A stretch of 64,000 bases of DNA from Candidatus Parcubacteria bacterium (GTDB lineage Bacteria > Patescibacteriota > Minisyncoccia > Phycocordibacterales > Zambryskibacteraceae), in NCBI GenBank assembly GCA_019661785.1, contig JAIFWP010000002.1, positions 39,059 through 103,058 of the forward strand, given 5' to 3'. Below the pieces are notes generated by a model. That model ran no database searches. It was not told the origin of the DNA and saw only the letters and a list, made by a program, of their open reading frames with translations. Positions 1 to 8,333 of the stretch are shown one piece after another (positions within the stretch are counted from its first letter, which is position 1; the number at the start of each line of letters is the position of its first letter). A program made the translations under genes and the position numbers.

Positions 1-159
1 TAATCTTCTTCTCTGTCGGCACTATGACCTGGAAGATTTTGTCCTCCATGCCTAGGGACTCTATGCGCTGCTTCAAGTTGCGCTGAACAGCGTTCTCGTA
101 TCCGGCATAGGTATGTATGACGTACCAGTTTCGGCCTTCCGATATCTTTTGTTTAGCCA
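1..159 (-). CDS. nusG: Transcription termination/antitermination factor NusG, N-terminal part (gene runs off the window start)
   Basis: Minus-strand translation from ATG at 159 gives MAKQKISEGRNWYVIHTYAGYENAVQRNLKQRIESLGMEDKIFQVIVPTEKKI, a typical NGN domain. It lies immediately downstream of secE, as in the conserved secE-nusG pair. Confidence 0.65.
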
Positions 160-168
160 TAATAAAAA

Positions 169-354
169 TTAACCTATGACGAACTTCTGGATAATGAGAG
201 AGAAGAGATAGTCGAAGAATCCGAGGAGTAGAGACACGACTATAGATACGCCGATGACTATGAGCGTGAAGCCGAGAGCCTGCCTGCGGCTAGGCCATAC
301 GACGTGTACAAGCTCGGCTCTGGTGTCGCGGATGTATTGGATGAATGTGGACAT
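169..354 (-). CDS. secE: Preprotein translocase subunit SecE (minimal 61-aa form)
   Basis: MSTFIQYIRDTRAELVHVVWPSRRQ followed by a single TM helix matches the SecE signature. The ORF track extends to 414, but the extra 20 codons cover a hairpin/T-tract terminator, so Met21 at 354 is preferred. Confidence 0.65.
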   Translation of the reverse strand: MSTFIQYIRDTRAELVHVVWPSRRQALGFTLIVIGVSIVVSLLLGFFDYLFSLIIQKFVIG

Positions 355-384
355 CGGGTTTGTGTATTGAAGGCCTCTCGACCT

Positions 385-408
385 AAGAAAAAACGCCCCG
401 TGGCGTTT
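385..408 (-). terminator. Rho-independent terminator downstream of the SIMPL-domain gene
   Basis: The arms aaacgcc/ggcgttt are separated by a 4-nt loop, and the minus-strand transcript continues with TTTTTTCTT. Confidence 0.45.
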
Positions 409-441
409 CTTCACTATACTATAAGCCCCGAAAATTGCAAC

Positions 442-1233
442 CTACCTTATCTCGTAGGTAACCGAAACGTTGTCTATGACCTTATTCTGACCTACTGGGA
501 GAGTGGGCGCAGTGCTCTTGCCCGCGGAGATTCCAACAGTGTCATATGCATACATAGGATACGGTCCGCCGCCTGACTGGCCTTCGCTGAAGTCCACTAC
601 CCTGCCGAGGCGGACACCAAGAGACTTCGATAGAGCCTCGGCCTTAGTCTTGGCATCCTTGATGGCCTTGTCGCGAGCTTCTGCCTGGATAGCATTTGGG
701 TCATCAACAGTAAAGGAGATGCTCGATATGTTCGTAGCCCCTTTCTCACCTGCTAATGCCAAGGCCTTGCCTGCATCGTCGGTCTTGCGCACCTTCACAG
801 TGATAGTGTGGCTCACGGTGTACCCGTCGGCGACCTGTCGCGACGGAGGACAAGAGTTCACTGTACACACTGACTGCTGGTAAACATACTTTGGATAGAC
901 GGAGTAGTCGGTAGTGCGTATATCCTTCTCGTCTACGCCAAGGTCCTTAAGTCCGACAAGTATGGCATCGGTTTTCTTGGTCACCGTGTCCTGTGCGGAT
1001 GCGACTCCCGCTGCATCGGCCGAGACAGAGAAGCTGAAGCTCGCTATATCTGGCGTCGAGTACGCCTCGCCCTGTCCCGTGACAACTATAGTGCTCTGAG
1101 CTGTGCTTGGAGAGCTCCAGTCCTTAAAAGCTGACAAGCTCTTAGCTACTAGGAAAACTGCCAATAAACATACTGCTAATGTAGCAACCTTGAAGAAGCG
1201 TTTAACTTCTATCGTGTCAAAATATTCATTCAT
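442..1233 (-). CDS. SIMPL/DUF541 domain periplasmic protein (YggE-like)
   Basis: 263-aa ORF with an N-terminal hydrophobic anchor. Its overall composition and motifs resemble SIMPL-family (26 kDa periplasmic immunogenic protein) members. Confidence 0.5.
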   Translation of the reverse strand: MNEYFDTIEVKRFFKVATLAVCLLAVFLVAKSLSAFKDWSSPSTAQSTIVVTGQGEAYSTPDIASFSFSVSADAAGVASAQDTVTKKTDAILVGLKDLGVDEKDIRTTDYSVYPKYVYQQSVCTVNSCPPSRQVADGYTVSHTITVKVRKTDDAGKALALAGEKGATNISSISFTVDDPNAIQAEARDKAIKDAKTKAEALSKSLGVRLGRVVDFSEGQSGGGPYPMYAYDTVGISAGKSTAPTLPVGQNKVIDNVSVTYEIR

Positions 1234-1263
1234 GCGACGATTATATATTAGCCGAGGGAAAGT

Positions 1264-2001
1264 TTAAAGGCTTCTGACGTGCCGCCTCCACCACTCCCTC
1301 TCTGAGAGGAAGATGTTAAACACTAATATGGTGAGGCTCACGATGAGAAGCCCGAGCGAGATACCTGCCAGCACATCGAGCGCAAAGTGGGCACTAAGAT
1401 AGACCCGGGAGAAGGCCACAAGGACTGGCGCTATGATGCAAGCCGTCACTAAAGATATCTTCCCTCCCCAGCTCTTGGGCCAAGACCAGAAGGAGTAAGC
1501 TGTAGTGAAGAAGAAGGCCGTTGCCACAGTGGCATGTCCAGAGGGGAAGCTCCACCCAGAGAGCTCAGTTACCAGACTTCCTTCCGGCCTTGGCAAGTGA
1601 AGAGCGTTCTTCATGAGGACGAACCCGACGATAGAAAGGACGATGGATATTACATATAGGAGAGCATCATAAGCATCTCGCTTGAAGAAGAGGATGACGG
1701 CCAAGAGCACGGCGATCATTGAGAGTACGAAGGGCGAGCCCAAATTGGTCATGAGCAGCATGATGCTGGTCGAGAGCGGGGTGCGGAAGGGAGAGATGGC
1801 TGTCTCGACAGCAGTATTCACTGGCGTAAGTTCCCCGCTGCCCGTCGACACTCCGGCAGTGACAATAGCCAGAGTAAGGCCTGAGAAGATTGCGACGAGA
1901 AGGAACAAAATATTTTTTATAACGCGCGAGAGATTCATTGCTGAATTATTTGTGTTTATAAATCGTAACATGAAAAACGATAGCGCCCCGACCATGTGCA
2001 A
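1264..2001 (-). CDS. PAP2-family membrane phosphatase (undecaprenyl-diphosphatase / PgpB-like)
   Basis: A multi-TM protein carrying the three PAP2 motifs: KNALHLPRP, PSGH, and SRVYLSAHFALD. Confidence 0.6.
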   Translation of the reverse strand: MHMVGALSFFMLRFINTNNSAMNLSRVIKNILFLLVAIFSGLTLAIVTAGVSTGSGELTPVNTAVETAISPFRTPLSTSIMLLMTNLGSPFVLSMIAVLLAVILFFKRDAYDALLYVISIVLSIVGFVLMKNALHLPRPEGSLVTELSGWSFPSGHATVATAFFFTTAYSFWSWPKSWGGKISLVTACIIAPVLVAFSRVYLSAHFALDVLAGISLGLLIVSLTILVFNIFLSEREWWRRHVRSL

Positions 2002-2022
2002 TGGTCGGGGCGCGAGATTTCT

Positions 2023-2313
2023 TCAGGTTGTAGCGGGATTGGTCGGCTTGCTCTTCGGCTGCTTCCGGAACTTCTGGCTGAGGAAAGCCCTCACCTCTGC
2101 ATCCTTGGTGAAGAAGAGGGGTCGGATTTCAGGTTCCACCAGCCCGAAGTGCTTGCTGAGGAAGCTGAAGTCCTCGTGCCGCTGTGAGCCTGGGTTGCCG
2201 CGCATAGAGAGTCTTCGAACACGCTTGTAGCCGTCTTCCTCGATCTCTTTGCGGGTCTTCGGCCGCTCCTTCGCTGATGCCGCCACGGACTCACTAACGG
2301 TCTGCTCGGACAT
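2023..2313 (-). CDS. Hypothetical small basic protein
   Basis: A 96-aa ORF that fills the gap between co-directional genes. It is Lys/Arg-rich and has no recognisable family. Confidence 0.3.
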   Translation of the reverse strand: MSEQTVSESVAASAKERPKTRKEIEEDGYKRVRRLSMRGNPGSQRHEDFSFLSKHFGLVEPEIRPLFFTKDAEVRAFLSQKFRKQPKSKPTNPATT

Positions 2314-2426
2314 ACTCTCACCTATGGTGTTGGAGGTAGTTGGGCACAGAGCCCCAGGGGGATGAAAAAGAGCGCTTGCCCGCTGTCTATATAACTACCA
2401 GGAGCTCAAAACGTCAAGCAATGTAT

Positions 2427-4169
2427 TTATGCGCGTTCGCCTATCTGCTGTCTCCACATTGCATGATATAGACCATTCTTCTCCAAAAGCTCGGCGTGGC
2501 TGCCTGTCTCGGCTACTACCCCCTTTTCCAATACATAAATCCTATCAGCGTGCATGATAGTCGAGAGTCTATGGGCGATAAGAACAGTGATATGCGCATG
2601 CAAAGTCGAGATATCACGAACAGTCTTCCCGATTTCAGCCTCGGTGATGGAGTCGAGAGCGCTCGTCGCTTCGTCGAAGATAAGGATATTGGGCTTGCGG
2701 AGAAGTGCTCGCGCAATGGAGAGCCTCTGCTTCTCTCCGCCTGAGACCTTAACTCCGCCCTCGCCAATCACAGTGTCGAGGCCCTTGCCGCCGCGCTCTA
2801 AGAGGTTCTGACACTGAGCCTTGTGGAGAGCGTCGAGGCACTCCTCATCTGTCGCAACTGAGTTCACGAAGAGCAGGTTCTCGCGTATTGTGCCGGAGAA
2901 GAGCTGTGTGTCCTGCGTTACAAAACCAATCTGGCTTCGCATCTCTTCCTTATCTATCTCCTTATGCGGCACGCTGTTGTAGAGGATTGTGCCTTCGGTC
3001 GGCTCATATAGCCCCACCAAGAGCTTCACGAGCGAGGTCTTGCCCGAACCTGACGGCCCTACGAAGGCGATGGTCTCGCCCTTTGCCACTTCATACGAGA
3101 TATCTGAGAGGGCCTTGGTCTCGGCCGAGCGGTATCCGAAGGAGACATCTTTGAATTCTAAAGTATTTATATCGCCCAAAGCCTGTGGGGCCTCGGCCTT
3201 AGGCTCGGGCAGGGTCTCCATGAGCTTCGAGTAGTTGGCTAGAGAGGCCTCGGCCTGGCGATAAGTGCTTATGAAGCTAGTAATCTGCGCCATTGGGAAG
3301 AAAAGCCAGAACGAGTAAATGTTGAGAGACAGATATTGCCCGAAGGTAATCCTCTCAGTGAATATAAGATAGAAGAGGAAGAGATAAAGTCCGGCGCGGA
3401 TGAAGTTCGTCACTGTCCCCTGCACGAAGTCGAGCATGCGTAGGTAGCGGAGCTTCTTGAGTTCGAGCGCGAGAATCTTCTCTGTGACGTTGTTGAGACG
3501 TTCCACTTCTTGGTTCGCTAAACCTAACGCCTTTACCAATTCGATGTTCCTCAAAGACTCGGTGGTCGCACCGGCGAGAGCTGTCGTCTCCGCCACGATA
3601 GTCTGCTGGATGACTTTAATCTTCTTCGAGAAGGCTATGGTGATAGTGCTGACTATCGATATCATGCCGATGAAGATAAGCGGGATGAGCCAATAGACAA
3701 AAGCGGTATATACCAAGATAAAGGCGAGTATCACGACAGAGATGAAGACCACGTTAATGGTGTCGATGACGAGCTTCTCCGTATCCTGGCGAGCTTTCTG
3801 TAATTTACCCAAGGTCTCTCCGCTCCTCTCATCTTCAAAGACCATATAAGGTAAGGCGAGCGAGTGCTCTACCCCGGCTCGATACATGTCCGCGCCTGAG
3901 CGCTGGCTCACAGTGTTCAAATAATAATCCTGGAAGTTCTTCGCTATGCGGGATATAAAAGCGTTCCCGACAAAGACCAAGAGGAGGATAATCGTGCCGT
4001 GAAAGAACTCCGCGCGGGAGATCTCATGGAACCGAAGAGCATACTCATCGATAATGCGTTGAAAGATGATTGGCTCGAAAAGCGAGAAGACTTGGTTCAC
4101 CGCAGCTAGAACCAGCACGAAAACACAGAGTTTCCAGTACCTTCTAAGGTATGCATAAAGAATCTTCAT
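2427..4169 (-). CDS. ABC exporter, fused permease/ATP-binding protein (MsbA/MdlB-like)
   Basis: An N-terminal 6-TM domain followed by Walker A GPSGSGKTS, the ABC signature LSGGEKQRLSIARAL, and Walker B ILIFDEATSALD. Confidence 0.8.
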   Translation of the reverse strand: MKILYAYLRRYWKLCVFVLVLAAVNQVFSLFEPIIFQRIIDEYALRFHEISRAEFFHGTIILLLVFVGNAFISRIAKNFQDYYLNTVSQRSGADMYRAGVEHSLALPYMVFEDERSGETLGKLQKARQDTEKLVIDTINVVFISVVILAFILVYTAFVYWLIPLIFIGMISIVSTITIAFSKKIKVIQQTIVAETTALAGATTESLRNIELVKALGLANQEVERLNNVTEKILALELKKLRYLRMLDFVQGTVTNFIRAGLYLFLFYLIFTERITFGQYLSLNIYSFWLFFPMAQITSFISTYRQAEASLANYSKLMETLPEPKAEAPQALGDINTLEFKDVSFGYRSAETKALSDISYEVAKGETIAFVGPSGSGKTSLVKLLVGLYEPTEGTILYNSVPHKEIDKEEMRSQIGFVTQDTQLFSGTIRENLLFVNSVATDEECLDALHKAQCQNLLERGGKGLDTVIGEGGVKVSGGEKQRLSIARALLRKPNILIFDEATSALDSITEAEIGKTVRDISTLHAHITVLIAHRLSTIMHADRIYVLEKGVVAETGSHAELLEKNGLYHAMWRQQIGERA

Positions 4170-4173
4170 ATAT

Positions 4174-4246
4174 GGGTGGCTATCGGGAGTTGAACCCGAA
4201 CTAGAAGCTCCACAAGCTCCTGTGCTACCGCTACACCATAGCCACC
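4174..4246 (-). tRNA. tRNA-His (anticodon GTG)
   Basis: A cloverleaf that reads GGTGGCTATGGTGTAGCGGTAGCACAGGAGCTTGTGGAGCTTCTAGTTCGGGTTCAACTCCCGATAGCCACC on the minus strand. It has an extra 5' G paired with the discriminator C, and the anticodon loop is TTGTGGA. Confidence 0.8.
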
Positions 4247-4276
4247 ATCATGGTCACTGTAGCGCTAAACAAATTG

Positions 4277-4359
4277 TGCGCGGGAGAGGATTTGAACCTC
4301 CACACCCAGAGGGCGCTACCACCTCAAGGTAGTGCGTCTACCAATTTCGCCACCCGCGC
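4277..4359 (-). tRNA. tRNA-Leu (anticodon GAG)
   Basis: The minus-strand sequence GCGCGGGTGGCGAAATTGGTAGACGCACTACCTTGAGGTGGTAG has the anticodon loop TTGAGGT and the long variable arm of class II tRNAs. Confidence 0.8.
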
Positions 4360-4371
4360 AATAAGGCTATA

Positions 4372-4773
4372 CTACTTCACTTCTACAGATTCCTCAACAG
4401 GAGCGGCCTCAACCTCCGGAGCGGCTAAGCGGACATTACGCATCTGGCGTCGGATCTCCTTAGCTGCCTTGTCGCGTATATGGTAGAGCTTGGAGCGTCG
4501 TACCTTGGAGCGCTTGGTTATCTCGATCTTGTCTATCATAGGAGAGTAGAGCGGGAAGACCTTCTCGACGCCCACGCCTGAAGCTACGCGGCGCACAGTG
4601 AAGGTGGCTCCGGCTTCGGTACCGTGCTTCCTTGCGAGGACTAGGCCCTCAAAGGCCTGGAGGCGGGTCTTACCCTTCTCCATAATCTTCTGCCAGACGC
4701 GCACGGTGTCACCCGACCTAAGGTCGAGCTTCTGGCGGTCTTCAGTCTTGACTGGACTTATAACTCTTTGCAT
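4372..4773 (-). CDS. rplS: 50S ribosomal protein L19
   Basis: A 133-aa protein with VRRAKLYHIRD-type L19 motifs and an acidic C-terminal extension. Confidence 0.85.
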   Translation of the reverse strand: MQRVISPVKTEDRQKLDLRSGDTVRVWQKIMEKGKTRLQAFEGLVLARKHGTEAGATFTVRRVASGVGVEKVFPLYSPMIDKIEITKRSKVRRSKLYHIRDKAAKEIRRQMRNVRLAAPEVEAAPVEESVEVK

Positions 4774-4817
4774 TAGGGAACCAATTTACCACGTCTTTGT
4801 ATATATGACAAATGGAA

Positions 4818-4841
4818 AGGCGCGTACGATTGTACGCGCCT
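4818..4841 (-). terminator. Rho-independent terminator after the GC-rich KH-domain gene
   Basis: A perfect 10-bp stem aggcgcgtac / gtacgcgcct with a gatt loop. On the minus strand it is followed by TTTCCATTTGTCAT. Confidence 0.6.
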
Positions 4842-4852
4842 GTTGCTTGTGA

Positions 4853-5383
4853 TCAAATCTTCACGAGCCTGATCCTCACGCCATGCTTCTTGCTGAGCTC
4901 GTTCACCTTCACGCCCTTCTTGCCGATGACTCGGCCCATGAACTCCTTCGGGCAGCGAACCTGGCCGCTCTCCGGGATTCGGATGACGAGCACCTTGCAC
5001 GTATCAGACCGGCGTACCCCTGGCCTGTGGTCGGTCGAATGGCCAGCCCAAACCAGGTCGTAACCCTTGGGCTTGTAGGCTCGAGACATCCCGTAGGCCT
5101 GCCGCCGGGGCAGAAGCGCGACATCGGCATCCCCCGGAAAGCTGCTCTGCATGCTCTCGATGAGTTCTTCTTCCGTTTCGACAAAATCGAACCAGAGCCC
5201 CATCACCCGCTTCGCATCTTCAAGGCTATCAAACTGATGCGGACCGCTGTGGTGTATGGGTCCACCAAGATGCTGGTAAAGCCTGACCACACCAGTAAAG
5301 CCGACCTCCGCTGGCTCGAGATCAAGCACATAGCAGTTGCCCCAGTTACTGACAGAAATGAGCCTGGTAACCATTTTATGCAC
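4853..5383 (-). CDS. KH-domain protein with uncharacterised N-terminal domain (GC-rich, foreign-looking)
   Basis: The C-terminus VIGKKGVKVNELSKKHGVRIRLVKI is a type-II KH motif. G+C and GC3 are much higher than in neighbours, there are no ATA codons, and a strong AGGAGGG Shine-Dalgarno precedes the ATG. Confidence 0.45.
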   Translation of the reverse strand: MHKMVTRLISVSNWGNCYVLDLEPAEVGFTGVVRLYQHLGGPIHHSGPHQFDSLEDAKRVMGLWFDFVETEEELIESMQSSFPGDADVALLPRRQAYGMSRAYKPKGYDLVWAGHSTDHRPGVRRSDTCKVLVIRIPESGQVRCPKEFMGRVIGKKGVKVNELSKKHGVRIRLVKI

Positions 5384-5434
5384 CCTCCTGTGGGTTTAGG
5401 AGCATGGCTGCTCCGAGTGAAAGAACTCGCTATA

Positions 5435-6145
5435 TTATATACCAGAAATACCTATTTTGTCAAGTGCTGTTTGGAAGTCATTTGGATAGGGCGCAACCAC
5501 AACGTTTTTCTCCCCTTTTACATTTGTGAAAGTTGCTTGGCGGGCATGGAGGGCCAGGCGCTCGAACCCGAGGAGTTTAGGTTTGGTGCGAGCATAGAGA
5601 GGGTCGGCTACGACTGGGTGGTGTAAGGCCTTGAAATGCACGCGTATCTGATGAGTGCGTCCCGTCTTCGGCTTGGCCTCGACTAGGCTCACCTCGGGAG
5701 TCTTCTTCATCACTTGGTAGTAGGTTACAGCCTCTCTTAGCTCGCCTCTGGCTCCCCTCTCAGCCGAGCGCTTGCGGAAGTCGGATGCGCTCTTACCAAT
5801 GGGCAAATTGATAGTGCCATGGTCCTCTTGGAATTCACCATATATGAAAGCATGATAGATCTTCTCTATCTCATGGTTTTGGAATTGTTCCTTGAGACAT
5901 GCATGGCCCTCCTTGGTCTTGGCCAAGAGCAAAACTCCACTCGTCTCGCGGTCTATCCTATGCACTATGCCTGGACGAGGAATATCTCCTAGAGGCTCCC
6001 CCACATCCTTGGCCTCTGGATATTTGCTCACGAACCACTCAGCCACACTCGGCTCCTTAGTATGTCCGTCCGCATGCACAACCAACCCCGCAGGCTTATT
6101 TATAGCCAGGATATCATCGTCCTCATATAAGATTTCTATTTTCAT
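5435..6145 (-). CDS. RluA-family 23S rRNA/tRNA pseudouridine synthase
   Basis: Carries HRIDRETSGVLLLAK, the catalytic-Asp motif, and GRTHQIRVH. Confidence 0.8.
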   Translation of the reverse strand: MKIEILYEDDDILAINKPAGLVVHADGHTKEPSVAEWFVSKYPEAKDVGEPLGDIPRPGIVHRIDRETSGVLLLAKTKEGHACLKEQFQNHEIEKIYHAFIYGEFQEDHGTINLPIGKSASDFRKRSAERGARGELREAVTYYQVMKKTPEVSLVEAKPKTGRTHQIRVHFKALHHPVVADPLYARTKPKLLGFERLALHARQATFTNVKGEKNVVVAPYPNDFQTALDKIGISGI

Positions 6146-6166
6146 GCAACTTTTCGCTCGACGTTG

Positions 6167-6239
6167 TGGGAGATACAGGACTCGAACCTGTGACCTTCTC
6201 AGTGTAAATGAGTTGCTCTACCAACTGAGCTAATCTCCC
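6167..6239 (-). tRNA. tRNA-Val (anticodon TAC)
   Basis: The minus-strand sequence GGGAGATTAGCTCAGTTGGTAGAGCAACTCATTTACACTGAGAAGGTCACAGGTTCGAGTCCTGTATCTCCCA has the anticodon loop TTTACAC. Confidence 0.8.
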
Positions 6240-6279
6240 AATGGTCCGATACTATCATATAATGTATGCTCTTTGCATC

Positions 6280-6361
6280 GAGCATGTGGCGGAATTGGTA
6301 TACGCGTACGGTTCAGAACCGTATCCCGTAAGGGTTGGGAGTTCGAGTCTCCCCATGCTCA
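6280..6361 (+). tRNA. tRNA-Leu (anticodon CAG)
   Basis: The acceptor stem is GAGCATG/CATGCTC, the anticodon stem-loop is TACGG-TTCAGAA-CCGTA, and there is a long variable arm plus a T-loop TTCGAGT. Confidence 0.8.
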
Positions 6362-6368
6362 CCCTCAA

Positions 6369-6430
6369 GGCAAAAGCAAAAATAAAACGCCGAGGGTGAT
6401 TTGTCTCGCCGTTTTATTTTTACTTTTGCC
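6369..6430. terminator. Long AT-rich inverted repeat, probable bidirectional terminator between convergent tRNA-Leu and DUF4383 gene
   Basis: The arm ggcaaaagcaaaaataaaacg pairs with cgttttatttttacttttgcc (21-nt arms, one mismatch). The arms flank an inner GC hairpin. Confidence 0.4.
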
Positions 6431-6435
6431 GAATC

Positions 6436-6804
6436 TTACATCGAGCCAGACCTCTTCGACATAGCTCCCCAGAGGAAGATAATGCCCAAGATGAGGTGGA
6501 GCCAATTGTCAGCGGCGTTAACCATAACAAGTCCGAGTACGGAACCCGTAGAGGAGAAGAAGCCGAGCAGGGCCATCAAGAGGTAAATAACGCCGAAGAC
6601 CTTCAAGGTAGTGGCGGCCTTGTGAGCTGCCCCATAAGCTACCCAGAGGAAGATAATGCCCGAGATAAGGTGCACGAGGTTGTGCGCCGTATCTGCCATG
6701 AACAATGCTCCAGATGACGAGCCTATGAGAGGGTTGTTAAAGAAGCCAAGAACACCGAGGACGATGAAGATCCAACCGAAGATCATCGCGAATTTCTTTG
6801 CCAT
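6436..6804 (-). CDS. DUF4383-like membrane protein with internal duplication
   Basis: A 4-TM protein containing two copies of the motif DxAHNxxHLIxGIIFLW[VG]A. Confidence 0.5.
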   Translation of the reverse strand: MAKKFAMIFGWIFIVLGVLGFFNNPLIGSSSGALFMADTAHNLVHLISGIIFLWVAYGAAHKAATTLKVFGVIYLLMALLGFFSSTGSVLGLVMVNAADNWLHLILGIIFLWGAMSKRSGSM

Positions 6805-6894
6805 ATTGTTAAGACTTGATAATCGATTATCTAATAAGGAACAATAAAATTATACAATGTAAATAGTTATGATAATGTATAGCTGTTGATAAAG

Positions 6895-6969
6895 GCCTCC
6901 ATAGCTCAATGGATAGAGCAGCGCTCTTCTAAGGCGTTGATGTGGGTTCGATTCCTGCTGGAGGCACCA
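6895..6969 (+). tRNA. tRNA-Arg (anticodon TCT), CCA encoded
   Basis: The sequence GCCTCCATAGCTCAATGGATAGAGCAGCGCTCTTCTAAGGCGT... has the anticodon loop CTTCTAA. Its 3' end is TGGAGGCACCA. Confidence 0.85.
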
Positions 6970-6971
6970 AA

Positions 6972-7253
6972 TTACTTCGAAGGATCTGGGGTGGTTTCTG
7001 GAACAGCTTTGACTCGGTCGAAGGCGGCACGCTTCTCATCGTAGTAGAGTGCGGCTCTATGTAGAGCGTTCTTGCTTAGAACCTCAGTGGCTATGTCGTC
7101 CTGCGGCAACGGCTTCACCTGCACTAGAGAGAACATCGCTATGCTGCCCACAATAGCGAGCACGAGCAGTATTAGGAAAATGCTAAACATTATCTGCCAA
7201 TCTGCCTGAGGAGAGTACCCCCATTTTTTGAAAGGATTATTCATATCACTCAT
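6972..7253 (-). CDS. Small single-TM protein at distal end of pilMNO operon (PilP-like position)
   Basis: A 93-aa protein with one TM helix. It overlaps the pilO-like stop and is co-oriented with it. Confidence 0.35.
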   Translation of the reverse strand: MSDMNNPFKKWGYSPQADWQIMFSIFLILLVLAIVGSIAMFSLVQVKPLPQDDIATEVLSKNALHRAALYYDEKRAAFDRVKAVPETTPDPSK

Positions 7254-7761
7254 TTAGTACAGTAAGAGCGAAGGTGTAATTGCCGCGCCAACCCTTGTCG
7301 CTCTGCGCGAGCTTGGCGTCGTCGACTGAGGCTTTGTACGGCAAGTTCTCTAGCATGTGAAGGAGTGTGAGATTCGATGCCCAGGTCCCCGTTGAGTCGA
7401 CAGCGATCTTCACTGTCATGGGAGTGCCGGTGGCCGAGGACGTGCCACCACTGATGGAAGCTATCGTTACTCCAAGACCGAGACTCTTGCCGAAGCTCTC
7501 TATCTGCGAGATGACATCAACGAGCTCAGTCTTAGTCACTGCCACTTTGTCTAGACGCGCTATGTCGTCGGCTTCAGACTGCTTAAGCGCACGCAGTCTC
7601 TGAGTGCGGCTGCCTGTGCCCGTGCGGGCCGACGCCTCGGCCGCGATGCTCGCGGCCTCGCTCCTCGCCTGCATCGTTACGGCAAACTCCTTAACCAGCG
7701 CTGCGCCAAGGATTACGAGTACTATGAGCCTCAGTACGAAAGATAGGGTAACGTGTCTCAT
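7246..7761 (-). CDS. pilO: Type IV pilus assembly protein PilO-like
   Basis: An N-terminal TM segment, then a coiled-coil, then a periplasmic domain. It sits third in a pilM-N-O arrangement with 4-nt overlaps. Confidence 0.4.
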   Translation of the reverse strand: MRHVTLSFVLRLIVLVILGAALVKEFAVTMQARSEAASIAAEASARTGTGSRTQRLRALKQSEADDIARLDKVAVTKTELVDVISQIESFGKSLGLGVTIASISGGTSSATGTPMTVKIAVDSTGTWASNLTLLHMLENLPYKASVDDAKLAQSDKGWRGNYTFALTVLNE

Positions 7762-8333
7762 AACTTTGGCATTAAGTTGAGCTGGAAATCGATATTGCTG
7801 TCCTTAGCCAAGTTATTCACCGGGAAGTCGACCTTTGTGAATTCTCCCGAGGCTACCAAAGAGCTCTGGAACCTGAGCAAAGTATCCCGGTCAGGCGCCT
7901 TGCCCTTGGCTATCATGCTATTTCCCGCCTTAGAGTAGGAGAGGCTCGTTATGCGTATAGTGGCAGGCTTCAGCTGGAGCATATCTGTGAAGTACTCGTA
8001 GGGGGCCGATGACGATGCTGCCGGTGAGAGCGCAGCGAGTTCTGTCCTGAGGCCTTGAGCCCAACTTGATAGAGACTCGGCCTCGCTTGTGTCGGTAGCC
8101 GCTCTGGCCCCTGAGAGCTCGACAATAGCGGCGTTCTTCTTGCCGAGAGAAAGTATGAGTGCTGGAGAGAAAACGACTAAAGCGAAGACAAGTAGAAGTG
8201 AAGCGAGAGTGAGAGCTGCCCTGGCTCGACGGGATTGATACTCTGCTTCCACCTTCAACTTTTCCTCTATTGTAAGCAGCTTATACATAGAGTTGGCGGC
8301 TAGGCGGCAGAAGAGCTCCGATAGCCGGAGCAT
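7758..8333 (-). CDS. pilN: Type IV pilus assembly protein PilN-like
   Basis: A short cytoplasmic N-terminus, a single TM (LTLASLLLVFALVVF), and a periplasmic domain, with the gene order typical of pilN. Confidence 0.45.
   Translation of the reverse strand: MLRLSELFCRLAANSMYKLLTIEEKLKVEAEYQSRRARAALTLASLLLVFALVVFSPALILSLGKKNAAIVELSGARAATDTSEAESLSSWAQGLRTELAALSPAASSSAPYEYFTDMLQLKPATIRITSLSYSKAGNSMIAKGKAPDRDTLLRFQSSLVASGEFTKVDFPVNNLAKDSNIDFQLNLMPKL

Noticed and set aside
503-883. 126-aa plus-strand ORF antisense to the SIMPL-domain gene, and similar antisense ORFs (for example 914-1099 and 1682-2230)
   Set aside because: They lie entirely within longer, family-recognisable genes on the opposite strand and have low-complexity Ala/Ser/Pro-rich translations typical of antisense frames.
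2023-2321. Alternative 76-aa minus-strand ORF (2091-2321) and plus-strand ORFs (1996-2187) overlapping the 96-aa basic ORF
   Set aside because: Only one frame can be real. The 96-aa frame fits the intergenic gap and gene orientation best, and even that is reported with low confidence.
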